Source: Macrostomum lignano
Taxonomy: Eukaryota
Length of the DNA: 64,000 nt
NCBI GenBank assembly: GCA_002269645.1
Contig: NIVC01001435.1
Coordinates: 124,001-188,000 of the forward strand
Reading direction: 5' to 3'
Shown: one piece after another, positions 12,601 through 24,718 of the stretch
Layout: each line of letters starts with the position of its first letter
Numbering within the stretch: position 1 is the stretch's first letter
Program-made: the position numbers and the translations under genes
The notes under the pieces: generated by a model
Told to the model about the DNA's origin: nothing
Seen by the model: only the letters and a program-made list of their open reading frames with translations
The model's database searches: none

Positions 12601-15600
12601 TGAGTTTGGTCAGGTATGCAACTGAGATTATAGCTGAGTTTGGTCAGGTATGCAACTGAGATTATAGCTGAGTTTGGTCAGGTATGCAACTGAGATTATA
12701 GCTGAGTTTGGTCAGGTATGCAACTGAGATTATAGCTGAGTTTGGTCAGGTATGCAACTGAGATTATAGCTGAGTTTGGTCAGGTATGCAACTGAGATTA
12801 TAGCTGAGTTTGGTCAGGTATGCAACTGAGATTATAGCTGAGTTTGGTCAGGTATGCAACTGAGATTATAGCTGAGTTTGGTCAGGTATGCAACTGAGAT
12901 TATAGCTGAGTTTGGTCAGGTATGCAACTGAGATTATAGCTGAGTTTGGTCAGGTATGCAACTGAGATTATAGCTGAGTTTGGTCAGGTATGCAACTGAG
13001 ATTATAGCTGAGTTTGGTCAGGTATGCAACTGAGATTATAGCTGAGTTTGGTCAGGTATGCAACTGAGATTATAGCTGAGTTTGGTCAGGTATGCAACTG
13101 AGATTATAGCTGAGTTTGGTCAGGTATGCAACTGAGATTATAGCTGAGTTTGGTCAGGTATGCAACTGAGATTATAGCTGAGTTTGGTCAGGTATGCAAC
13201 TGAGATTATAGCTGAGTTTGGTCAGGTATGCAACTGAGATTATAGCTGAGTTTGGTCAGGTATGCAACTGAGATTATAGCTGAGTTTGGTCAGGTATGCA
13301 ACTGAGATTATAGCTGAGTTTGGTCAGGTATGCAACTGAGATTATAGCTGAGTTTGGTCAGGTATGCAACTGAGATTATAGCTGAGTTTGGTCAGGTATG
13401 CAACTGAGATTATAGCTGAGTTTGGTCAGGTATGCAACTGAGATTATAGCTGAGTTTGGTCAGGTATGCAACTGAGATTATAGCTGAGTTTGGTCAGGTA
13501 TGCAACTGAGATTATAGCTGAGTTTGGTCAGGTATGCAACTGAGATTATAGCTGAGTTTGGTCAGGTATGCAACTGAGATTATAGCTGAGTTTGGTCAGG
13601 TATGCAACTGAGATTATAGCTGAGTTTGGTCAGGTATGCAACTGAGATTATAGCTGAGTTTGGTCAGGTATGCAACTGAGATTATAGCTGAGTTTGGTCA
13701 GGTATGCAACTGAGATTATAGCTGAGTTTGGTCAGGTATGCAACTGAGATTATAGCTGAGTTTGGTCAGGTATGCAACTGAGATTATAGCTGAGTTTGGT
13801 CAGGTATGCAACTGAGATTATAGCTGAGTTTGGTCAGGTATGCAACTGAGATTATAGCTGAGTTTGGTCAGGTATGCAACTGAGATTATAGCTGAGTTTG
13901 GTCAGGTATGCAACTGAGATTATAGCTGAGTTTGGTCAGGTATGCAACTGAGATTATAGCTGAGTTTGGTCAGGTATGCAACTGAGATTATAGCTGAGTT
14001 TGGTCAGGTATGCAACTGAGATTATAGCTGAGTTTGGTCAGGTATGCAACTGAGATTATAGCTGAGTTTGGTCAGGTATGCAACTGAGATTATAGCTGAG
14101 TTTGGTCAGGTATGCAACTGAGATTATAGCTGAGTTTGGTCAGGTATGCAACTGAGATTATAGCTGAGTTTGGTCAGGTATGCAACTGAGATTATAGCTG
14201 AGTTTGGTCAGGTATGCAACTGAGATTATAGCTGAGTTTGGTCAGGTATGCAACTGAGATTATAGCTGAGTTTGGTCAGGTATGCAACTGAGATTATAGC
14301 TGAGTTTGGTCAGGTATGCAACTGAGATTATAGCTGAGTTTGGTCAGGTATGCAACTGAGATTATAGCTGAGTTTGGTCAGGTATGCAACTGAGATTATA
14401 GCTGAGTTTGGTCAGGTATGCAACTGAGATTATAGCTGAGTTTGGTCAGGTATGCAACTGAGATTATAGCTGAGTTTGGTCAGGTATGCAACTGAGATTA
14501 TAGCTGAGTTTGGTCAGGTATGCAACTGAGATTATAGCTGAGTTTGGTCAGGTATGCAACTGAGATTATAGCTGAGTTTGGTCAGGTATGCAACTGAGAT
14601 TATAGCTGAGTTTGGTCAGGTATGCAACTGAGATTATAGCTGAGTTTGGTCAGGTATGCAACTGAGATTATAGCTGAGTTTGGTCAGGTATGCAACTGAG
14701 ATTATAGCTGAGTTTGGTCAGGTATGCAACTGAGATTATAGCTGAGTTTGGTCAGGTATGCAACTGAGATTATAGCTGAGTTTGGTCAGGTATGCAACTG
14801 AGATTATAGCTGAGTTTGGTCAGGTATGCAACTGAGATTATAGCTGAGTTTGGTCAGGTATGCAACTGAGATTATAGCTGAGTTTGGTCAGGTATGCAAC
14901 TGAGATTATAGCTGAGTTTGGTCAGGTATGCAACTGAGATTATAGCTGAGTTTGGTCAGGTATGCAACTGAGATTATAGCTGAGTTTGGTCAGGTATGCA
15001 ACTGAGATTATAGCTGAGTTTGGTCAGGTATGCAACTGAGATTATAGCTGAGTTTGGTCAGGTATGCAACTGAGATTATAGCTGAGTTTGGTCAGGTATG
15101 CAACTGAGATTATAGCTGAGTTTGGTCAGGTATGCAACTGAGATTATAGCTGAGTTTGGTCAGGTATGCAACTGAGATTATAGCTGAGTTTGGTCAGGTA
15201 TGCAACTGAGATTATAGCTGAGTTTGGTCAGGTATGCAACTGAGATTATAGCTGAGTTTGGTCAGGTATGCAACTGAGATTATAGCTGAGTTTGGTCAGG
15301 TATGCAACTGAGATTATAGCTGAGTTTGGTCAGGTATGCAACTGAGATTATAGCTGAGTTTGGTCAGGTATGCAACTGAGATTATAGCTGAGTTTGGTCA
15401 GGTATGCAACTGAGATTATAGCTGAGTTTGGTCAGGTATGCAACTGAGATTATAGCTGAGTTTGGTCAGGTATGCAACTGAGATTATAGCTGAGTTTGGT
15501 CAGGTATGCAACTGAGATTATAGCTGAGTTTGGTCAGGTATGCAACTGAGATTATAGCTGAGTTTGGTCAGGTATGCAACTGAGATTATAGCTGAGTTTG

Positions 15601-18600
15601 GTCAGGTATGCAACTGAGATTATAGCTGAGTTTGGTCAGGTATGCAACTGAGATTATAGCTGAGTTTGGTCAGGTATGCAACTGAGATTATAGCTGAGTT
15701 TGGTCAGGTATGCAACTGAGATTATAGCTGAGTTTGGTCAGGTATGCAACTGAGATTATAGCTGAGTTTGGTCAGGTATGCAACTGAGATTATAGCTGAG
15801 TTTGGTCAGGTATGCAACTGAGATTATAGCTGAGTTTGGTCAGGTATGCAACTGAGATTATAGCTGAGTTTGGTCAGGTATGCAACTGAGATTATAGCTG
15901 AGTTTGGTCAGGTATGCAACTGAGATTATAGCTGAGTTTGGTCAGGTATGCAACTGAGATTATAGCTGAGTTTGGTCAGGTATGCAACTGAGATTATAGC
16001 TGAGTTTGGTCAGGTATGCAACTGAGATTATAGCTGAGTTTGGTCAGGTATGCAACTGAGATTATAGCTGAGTTTGGTCAGGTATGCAACTGAGATTATA
16101 GCTGAGTTTGGTCAGGTATGCAACTGAGATTATAGCTGAGTTTGGTCAGGTATGCAACTGAGATTATAGCTGAGTTTGGTCAGGTATGCAACTGAGATTA
16201 TAGCTGAGTTTGGTCAGGTATGCAACTGAGATTATAGCTGAGTTTGGTCAGGTATGCAACTGAGATTATAGCTGAGTTTGGTCAGGTATGCAACTGAGAT
16301 TATAGCTGAGTTTGGTCAGGTATGCAACTGAGATTATAGCTGAGTTTGGTCAGGTATGCAACTGAGATTATAGCTGAGTTTGGTCAGGTATGCAACTGAG
16401 ATTATAGCTGAGTTTGGTCAGGTATGCAACTGAGATTATAGCTGAGTTTGGTCAGGTATGCAACTGAGATTATAGCTGAGTTTGGTCAGGTATGCAACTG
16501 AGATTATAGCTGAGTTTGGTCAGGTATGCAACTGAGATTATAGCTGAGTTTGGTCAGGTATGCAACTGAGATTATAGCTGAGTTTGGTCAGGTATGCAAC
16601 TGAGATTATAGCTGAGTTTGGTCAGGTATGCAACTGAGATTATAGCTGAGTTTGGTCAGGTATGCAACTGAGATTATAGCTGAGTTTGGTCAGGTATGCA
16701 ACTGAGATTATAGCTGAGTTTGGTCAGGTATGCAACTGAGATTATAGCTGAGTTTGGTCAGGTATGCAACTGAGATTATAGCTGAGTTTGGTCAGGTATG
16801 CAACTGAGATTATAGCTGAGTTTGGTCAGGTATGCAACTGAGATTATAGCTGAGTTTGGTCAGGTATGCAACTGAGATTATAGCTGAGTTTGGTCAGGTA
16901 TGCAACTGAGATTATAGCTGAGTTTGGTCAGGTATGCAACTGAGATTATAGCTGAGTTTGGTCAGGTATGCAACTGAGATTATAGCTGAGTTTGGTCAGG
17001 TATGCAACTGAGATTATAGCTGAGTTTGGTCAGGTATGCAACTGAGATTATAGCTGAGTTTGGTCAGGTATGCAACTGAGATTATAGCTGAGTTTGGTCA
17101 GGTATGCAACTGAGATTATAGCTGAGTTTGGTCAGGTATGCAACTGAGATTATAGCTGAGTTTGGTCAGGTATGCAACTGAGATTATAGCTGAGTTTGGT
17201 CAGGTATGCAACTGAGATTATAGCTGAGTTTGGTCAGGTATGCAACTGAGATTATAGCTGAGTTTGGTCAGGTATGCAACTGAGATTATAGCTGAGTTTG
17301 GTCAGGTATGCAACTGAGATTATAGCTGAGTTTGGTCAGGTATGCAACTGAGATTATAGCTGAGTTTGGTCAGGTATGCAACTGAGATTATAGCTGAGTT
17401 TGGTCAGGTATGCAACTGAGATTATAGCTGAGTTTGGTCAGGTATGCAACTGAGATTATAGCTGAGTTTGGTCAGGTATGCAACTGAGATTATAGCTGAG
17501 TTTGGTCAGGTATGCAACTGAGATTATAGCTGAGTTTGGTCAGGTATGCAACTGAGATTATAGCTGAGTTTGGTCAGGTATGCAACTGAGATTATAGCTG
17601 AGTTTGGTCAGGTATGCAACTGAGATTATAGCTGAGTTTGGTCAGGTATGCAACTGAGATTATAGCTGAGTTTGGTCAGGTATGCAACTGAGATTATAGC
17701 TGAGTTTGGTCAGGTATGCAACTGAGATTATAGCTGAGTTTGGTCAGGTATGCAACTGAGATTATAGCTGAGTTTGGTCAGGTATGCAACTGAGATTATA
17801 GCTGAGTTTGGTCAGGTATGCAACTGAGATTATAGCTGAGTTTGGTCAGGTATGCAACTGAGATTATAGCTGAGTTTGGTCAGGTATGCAACTGAGATTA
17901 TAGCTGAGTTTGGTCAGGTATGCAACTGAGATTATAGCTGAGTTTGGTCAGGTATGCAACTGAGATTATAGCTGAGTTTGGTCAGGTATGCAACTGAGAT
18001 TATAGCTGAGTTTGGTCAGGTATGCAACTGAGATTATAGCTGAGTTTGGTCAGGTATGCAACTGAGATTATAGCTGAGTTTGGTCAGGTATGCAACTGAG
18101 ATTATAGCTGAGTTTGGTCAGGTATGCAACTGAGATTATAGCTGAGTTTGGTCAGGTATGCAACTGAGATTATAGCTGAGTTTGGTCAGGTATGCAACTG
18201 AGATTATAGCTGAGTTTGGTCAGGTATGCAACTGAGATTATAGCTGAGTTTGGTCAGGTATGCAACTGAGATTATAGCTGAGTTTGGTCAGGTATGCAAC
18301 TGAGATTATAGCTGAGTTTGGTCAGGTATGCAACTGAGATTATAGCTGAGTTTGGTCAGGTATGCAACTGAGATTATAGCTGAGTTTGGTCAGGTATGCA
18401 ACTGAGATTATAGCTGAGTTTGGTCAGGTATGCAACTGAGATTATAGCTGAGTTTGGTCAGGTATGCAACTGAGATTATAGCTGAGTTTGGTCAGGTATG
18501 CAACTGAGATTATAGCTGAGTTTGGTCAGGTATGCAACTGAGATTATAGCTGAGTTTGGTCAGGTATGAAACTGAGATTATAGCTGAGTTTGGTCAGGTA

Positions 18601-19620
18601 TGCAACTGAGATTATAGCTGAGTTTGGTCAGGTATGCAACTGAGATTATAGCTGAGTTTGGTCAGGTATGCAACTGAGATTATAGCTGAGTTTGGTCAGG
18701 TATGCAACTGAGATTATAGCTGAGTTTGGTCAGGTATGCAACTGAGATTATAGCTGAGTTTGGTCAGGTATGCAACTGAGATTATAGCTGAGTTTGGTCA
18801 GGTATGCAACTGAGATTATAGCTGAGTTTGGTCAGGTATGCAACTGAGATTATAGCTGAGTTTGGTCAGGTATGCAACTGAGATTATAGCTGAGTTTGGT
18901 CAGGTATGCAACTGAGATTATAGCTGAGTTTGGTCAGGTAGGCAACTGAGATTATAGCTGAGTTTGGTCAGGTAGGCAACTGAGATTATAGCTGAGTTTG
19001 GTCAGGTATGAAACTGAGATTATAGCTGAGTTTGGTCAGGTATGAAACTGAGATTATAGCTGAGTTTGGTCAGGTATGCAACTGAGATTATAGCTGAGTT
19101 TGGTCAGGTATGCAACTGAGATTATAGCTGAGTTTGGTCAGGTATGCAACTGAGATTATAGCTGAGTTTGGTCAGGTATGCAACTGAGATTATAGCTGAG
19201 TTTGGTCAGGTATGCAACTGAGATTATAGCTGAGTTTGGTCAGGTATGCAACTGAGATTATAGCTGAGTTTGGTCAGGTATGCAACTGAGATTATAGCTG
19301 AGTTTGGTCAGGTATGCAACTGAGATTATAGCTGAGTTTGGTCAGGTATGCAACTGAGATTATAGCTGAGTTTGGTCAGGTATGCAACTGAGATTATAGC
19401 TGAGTTTGGTCAGGTATGCAACTGAGATTATAGCTGAGTTTGGTCAGGTATGCAACTGAGATTATAGCTGAGTTTGGTCAGGTATGCAACTGAGATTATA
19501 GCTGAGTTTGGTCAGGTATGCAACTGAGATTATAGCTGAGTTTGGTCAGGTATGCAACTGAGATTATAGCTGAGTTTGGTCAGGTATGCAACTGAGATTA
19601 TAGCTGAGTTTGATCAGGTA
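6685..19620. repeat. 34-bp satellite (CTGAGTTTGGTCAGGTATGCAACTGAGATTATAG), about 380 copies, 12.9 kb
   Basis: Period 34 (text phase recurs every 1020 bp = 30 units). Units are near-identical, with variants mostly near the edges. No spacers. Confidence 0.99.
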
Positions 19621-19952
19621 GGAAACCCAATAGATTTGAAGTAATTAAAAAAAGTAAAAAATATGCAGTTTAAATTTGAGCAAAAATATTAACCCAAGAA
19701 CTTAAAATGGCAATTTCTGTAACATGCTTGACAGCTTGGCGCCCAGCAAAAATAAGTTGACCTAGCTACAGATTTTAGTTTGAAACAGTTTAATCTACAC
19801 TGTAATAATCGTAAATATTTAAAGCGCAACGCTCGATGAAATGAGAAAATGAAAAAAAGATAAAATCTTGTCAGGTCAGCCGCGAGGACATTTAAAGTCA
19901 GCCCAAAACTTCAGCTTTTGATCGTCAATAAAGCTAGGTTTAGCGAGCTGTC

Positions 19953-21564
19953 ATGTCAGCACAGCAAATGTCCTCTGAAGCCACTGCCAAGCGGAACTTG
20001 AAGATGCAGCCCGACTACAACAGAAGCTCCCGCAACCAGGCCAGCTCCCTGCAGCGCTTCAAGCCTTTCATTGACGCTGCTGTGGCCGCCCACACGTCCG
20101 ACCTGACCGAATCGCGAGGTCCCTTCGTGATCGCCGACTTCGGCTGCAGCACCGGACTCAACAGCTCCGACGCGGTGTCCCATCTCATCCGAGAGGTGCG
20201 TGCCAAGTACGCCAGCAGCCAGAGCTGCAGCTCGGTGCTCGTTGTGCTCAACGACATGCCTCACAATCAGTGGAGCGTCCTGTTCGACTTCCTGAACGGA
20301 GACCAGCGGTCCTTCCTGAAGCAGCTGCCGGGAGTGTTCGCGGTGACCTCTGGGTTCAGCTTCTACGAGCAGGTGGGCACCGCTTGAGCTCATGGAAGCT
20401 GGGAGAAATGAGCAAGACGAGTGAGATGAGGAATCTGAGTGAGATGAGCAATCTGAGTGAGATGAGCAATCTGAGTGAGATGAACAATCTGAGTGAGATG
20501 AGCAACCTGAGTGAGATGAGCAATCTGAGTGAGATGAGCAATCTGAGTGAGATGAACAATCTGAGTGAGATGAACAATCTGAGTGAGATGAGCAATCTGA
20601 ATGAGATGAGCACACTGAGTGAGATGAGCAATCTGAGTGAGATGAGCAATCTGAGTGAGATGAGCAATGTAAGTGAGATGAGTAATCTGAGTGAGATGAG
20701 CAACCTGAGTGAGATGAGCAATCTGAGTGAGATGAGCAACCTGAGTGAGATGAGTAATCTGAGTGAGATGAGCAATCTGAGATGAACACACTGAGAGAAA
20801 TTGCCATATGCTGTTCTGAATAAGAGACTTGGGAGGCTATCACTAAAAGTGCATAGCTCACTCGCGCTACAACAATTGTCTGTACCTTCCAGGTGCTGCC
20901 ACCAAGCAGTCTGCAGATTGGAATCTCCAACATCTGCCTGCACTGGTGCTCACAGCTACCCACTAAGCTGTCCAATCACGGATACTCTTTGTTCGGCACC
21001 GAGGAGGAGCAGGAGGCGTTCAGGCAGCAGGCGGCCAGAGACTGGGGCAGCTTCCTCGAGGCGAGGTCCAAGGAGCTCGTCAGAGGCGGCGTTATTGTCG
21101 CGAACTTCCTTTCATCGCAAGACAAGGCCGCCAGCATCTTCGACGAGATCTACAAGTCGGTCGAGGCGCTTCGTTCGCGCGGCGTCATCGAGTCGGAGGA
21201 GCTCGCGAACTTCAACTGTCCCATTTGCTTCCGCTCAGTGGAAGACGTCAGCGAGCCGTCGCAGTACGAGCGGCTTGGCCTGGAGCTGCTGCGGGCCGAG
21301 GCGCTGCCGCAGAGCCGCTCGACTTACTACGAGGACTTCCTGCAGCACGGAGACCTGGACCGGTTCGTCTCTGAGTACGTGAACTCCTGCCGAGTCACGT
21401 GCGAGTCCACGTTCTCGGACGCGCTGAACGCGGCCCGGTCCGAGGCCGACAAGGCGGCGGTGTGCGCCGAGCTGTGGGTCGAGCACCGAGCTCGGGTGGC
21501 CCGGCAGCCGCGGCTGTTTGAGTTCACTTGGCGAACTGTGGGAGTTGTGCTGCTCAAGCTGTAG
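19953..21564 (+). CDS. SABATH-type SAM-dependent carboxyl methyltransferase (Methyltransf_7-like), copy 1, 363 aa
   Basis: Exons 19953-20372 and 20893-21564 (phase 0, CAG|GTGGG and TTCCAG|GTG). Motifs YNRSSRNQ, IADFGCSTGLNS, NDMPHNQWSVLF, SFYEQVLPPSSL, LHWCSQLP, DWGSFLEARSKELVRGG and FNCP match the SABATH signature series. Confidence 0.88.
20410..20782. repeat. 18-bp intronic minisatellite (GAGTGAGATGAGCAATCT), about 21 copies
   Basis: Visible periodicity. The same unit occurs in the introns of the other two paralogues. Confidence 0.95.
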
Positions 21565-21685
21565 GCTGCTGTTTGAGTTCACTTGGCGAACTGTGGGAGT
21601 TGTGCTGCTCAAGCTGTAGGCTGCTGTTTGAGTTCACTTGGCGAACTGTGGGAGTTGTGATGCTCAAGCTGTAGGCTGCTGTTAG
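21514..21685 (+). repeat. 55-bp tandem repeat of the methyltransferase CDS end including the stop codon, about 3 copies
   Basis: CTGTTTGAGTTCACTTGG...AAGCTGTAGGCTG starts at 21514, 21569 and 21624. Confidence 0.93.
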
Positions 21686-22286
21686 TTCACTTGGAAAAGT
21701 TCTGTTAAGTAAAAAGTCCTCTGGTTGCATGTTTGAGCTACTTGAAATTCAGTTTGCAGTTCAATTGAAATTACTTTTTCTATCTATTTCGAGCAAAAGC
21801 AGATTTATTTCCTGTGCCCGTAGATTTCTAGATTTGCTTTTTGTTAAAGAATTCAAGTCCTTGCTGTCAATATTCGCTACCATATTGTTTCTCAGTACTC
21901 ATGCCAATGACACTTTATATAGTAATAACTCTGCTGCAATACAAATGATTCTGCATCAGTATCCGGTATTTTATGGTCAGCAAAGTACAGAGTGATTCGA
22001 GTACAGTGTCAAACACACAAACACTACTGAAACAATTTGATCAACCGAACGTTAGATTTCTTAGAAAGTTCTCAGTTCAAACCTATGTGAAAATTTGTTG
22101 TTGATGTTACACTGAAATTTCTGGATCCAGCGATCTCAGACTCAGAATATAAGTCGCAGATTATCAGATTATTATTGTTATTGACTATTATTTTTTTTGT
22201 GTACCGAAAGTTTTCTCTCAAGTTCCAAGTAGTGAAAATGAATGAATGAGATGATTGGGGCTATTGTCCTTGCTTCCTTGCATGAA

Positions 22287-22590
22287 GGGGGTTGTAGCCT
22301 AGCAGTTAAAGCGTCGGACCCACGACTTAAAGGTCGGGGGTTCGATTTTCGACCCAACTCGGAACAATTTGTGTCCTTGAGCAAGGCACTTAACTCTGCA
22401 TTGCTTCAGTTCACTCAGCTGTAAAATGGGTGCCAGCATTAGCTGGGGTAATTGAGGCTGTGTGTGGCGACCCCCCAGTCCTTGGACTGAACAGCCGTAC
22501 GCAGCCTTCAGATGCGCCGCGCAATAGCTGCGGCTGAGCTGTCGGTTGCACATCTGGCCCATTAGGGCAGGTGTAATCAATTATTATTAC
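22287..22590 (+). mobile_element. tRNA-derived CORE-type SINE family 1, near full length
   Basis: A-box TAGCCTAGCAG, B-box GGTTCGATTTT, CORE-like block, conserved 3' domain and (ATT)n tail. Confidence 0.85.
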
Positions 22591-22659
22591 TATTAAAGCT
22601 GGAACATGATAAAACAAAATTGGCTAAAAGTCAGATCGGGGCGCACCATCCCTGTGGTT

Positions 22660-24447
22660 TTATAACTTTCGGACAACAGCTGAGACAGAATTAAATGAAT
22701 AACGAAGCCTCTCCGGATCGCTAGCAGCCAGAGTCTGAAGCTCGCCCCACATTTGCTGGCTGACGGTCTCTCGGTCCTTGTCGCTGCGCTCCGGGGTCAA
22801 CGAACTTTGAAAATAGGTCTCAAAGACTGCTTTGAAAGCGGAGCTGTACCCCGCACCGGACCGGTCTGAGTCCCCGTGCTGCAGAAAATCCTCATAGTAG
22901 ACGGTGTCGCTCTGCGGCAGCGCGTCAGCCCGCAGCAGCTCCAGGCCAAGCCGCTTGTACTGCGACGGCTCCTTCAAATCACCCACAGTCCGGAAGCACA
23001 TAGGAATGTTGAAGTTCGCGAGCTCCTCCGAGTCGATGACGCCGCGATTGAGCAGAACTCTGGCAGCCTGGTAGATGGCATCTGTTAGCAAGTCAGATGC
23101 CGGCCCAGCCATTACCATGTCACAGCGAGGACGCCACCTCTGACGAGCTCCTTGGACCTCGCCTGGAGGAAGCTGCCCCAGTCTCTGGCCGCCTTCTGCC
23201 TGAACGCCTCCTGCTCCTCCTCGGTGCCGAAAGAATCAAAGCCGTGATTTGACAGTTTAGTGGGTAGCTGTGAGCACCAGTGCAGGCAGATGTTGGAAAT
23301 TCCAATCTGCAGACTGCTTGGTGGCAGCGCCTGAATGATATTATCAATTATCAATGCTTGTATACCTTTCTATTGGTAGCCTCTGATATCACCTATTCCA
23401 AATAGCATATATAACAAATACAGCACTTTATATCTGAAGTTTGAACATCTCAGTCGTTTGCTCATCTCAGTCAATTGGCTAATCTCACTCAGATTGCTCA
23501 TCTCACTCAGATTGCTCATCTCACTCAGATTGCTCATCTCACTCAGATTGCTCATCTCACTCAGTGTACTCATCTCACTCAGTGTACTCATCTCACTCAG
23601 TGTACTCATCTCACTCAGATTGCTCATCTCACTCAGATTGCTCATCTCACTCAGATTGCTCATCTCACTCAGATTGCTCATCTCACTCAGATTGCTCATC
23701 TCACTCAGTGTACTCATCTCACTCAGTGTACTCATCTCACTCAGTGTACTCATCTCACTCAGTGTACTCATCTCACTCAGTGTACTCATCTCACTCAGTG
23801 TACTCATCTCACTCAGATTGCTCATCTTACTCAGATTGCTCATCTCACTCAGATTGCTCATCTCACTCAGATTGCTCATCTCACTCAGATTGCTCATCTC
23901 ACTCAGATTGCTCATCTCACTTACATTGCTCATCTCACTCAGTGTGCTCATCTCACTCAGTGTGCTCATCTTGCTGCTCAACGTACTCATCTCACTCAGT
24001 TTGCTTATCTCACTCAGTTTGCTTATCTCACTCGTCTTGCTCATTTCTCCCAGCTTCCGTGAGCTCAAACGGTGCCCACCTGATCGTAGAAGCTGAACCC
24101 AGAGGTCACCGCGAACACTCCCGGCAGCTGCTTCAGGAAGGACCGCTGGTCTCCGTTCAGGAAGTCGAACAGGACGCTCCACTGATTGTGGGGCATGTCG
24201 TTGAGCACAACGAGCACCGAGCTGCAGCTCTGGCTGCTGGCGTACTTGGCGCGCACCTCTCGGATAAGATGGGACACCGCGTCGGAGCTGTTGAGTCCGG
24301 TGCTGCAGCCGAAGTCGGCGATCACGAAGGGACCCGCGATTCGGTCAGGTCGGAAGTGTGGGCGGCCACAGCAGCGTCAATGAAGGGCTTGAAGCGCTGC
24401 AGGGAGCTGGCCTGGAGCTGGCAGTGCTGGTTGTAGTCGGCCTGCAT
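22660..24447 (-). pseudogene. SABATH-type methyltransferase copy 2, divergent paralogue with two 1-nt frameshifts (pseudogene or assembly error)
   Basis: Exons 24447-24080 and 23330-22660. One base is missing near 24334 (CCC versus CCCC in copy 3) and another near 23119. Otherwise the reading frame is complete to VVRKL*. Confidence 0.8.
23455..24040. repeat. 18-bp intronic minisatellite, about 32 copies (same unit as copy 1, reverse orientation)
   Basis: CTCATCTCACTCAGATTG periodicity. Confidence 0.95.
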
Positions 24448-24718
24448 GGATTTTTCTGTGGTCGCAGTTATTAAACCTTAAAGCAGTTCGAGGTCGAGTT
24501 TCACTTAAAGCAGTTTTTGTGGAGAGCTTCAGTTAAATAGCTTTGACACTGTTATCGCATTTAACGTACTCTCGTTCTCTGAAGACTATAAGAAATACCG
24601 TTGCTGGGGCAGGACACCGCGTGTAAGTGTTGAAAGATAAGATCTAGGAAACCTGGTTGAAAAAAGTCAGCGAGCAAAGAGCAGAAATGAATTGAAGTGT
24701 CAATTATTAGAAGCAGTT

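Noticed and set aside
6685-19620. CRISPR array (repeat length of 34 bp is in range)
   Set aside because: Units are directly adjacent with no unique spacers, there are no cas genes, and the context is eukaryotic.
19953-21564. Bacterial or plant contamination as the source of the methyltransferase (and of the Sel1 ORF)
   Set aside because: The copies have a GT-AG intron with host-style minisatellites, host-like codon usage, and one is embedded in a host gene's intron.
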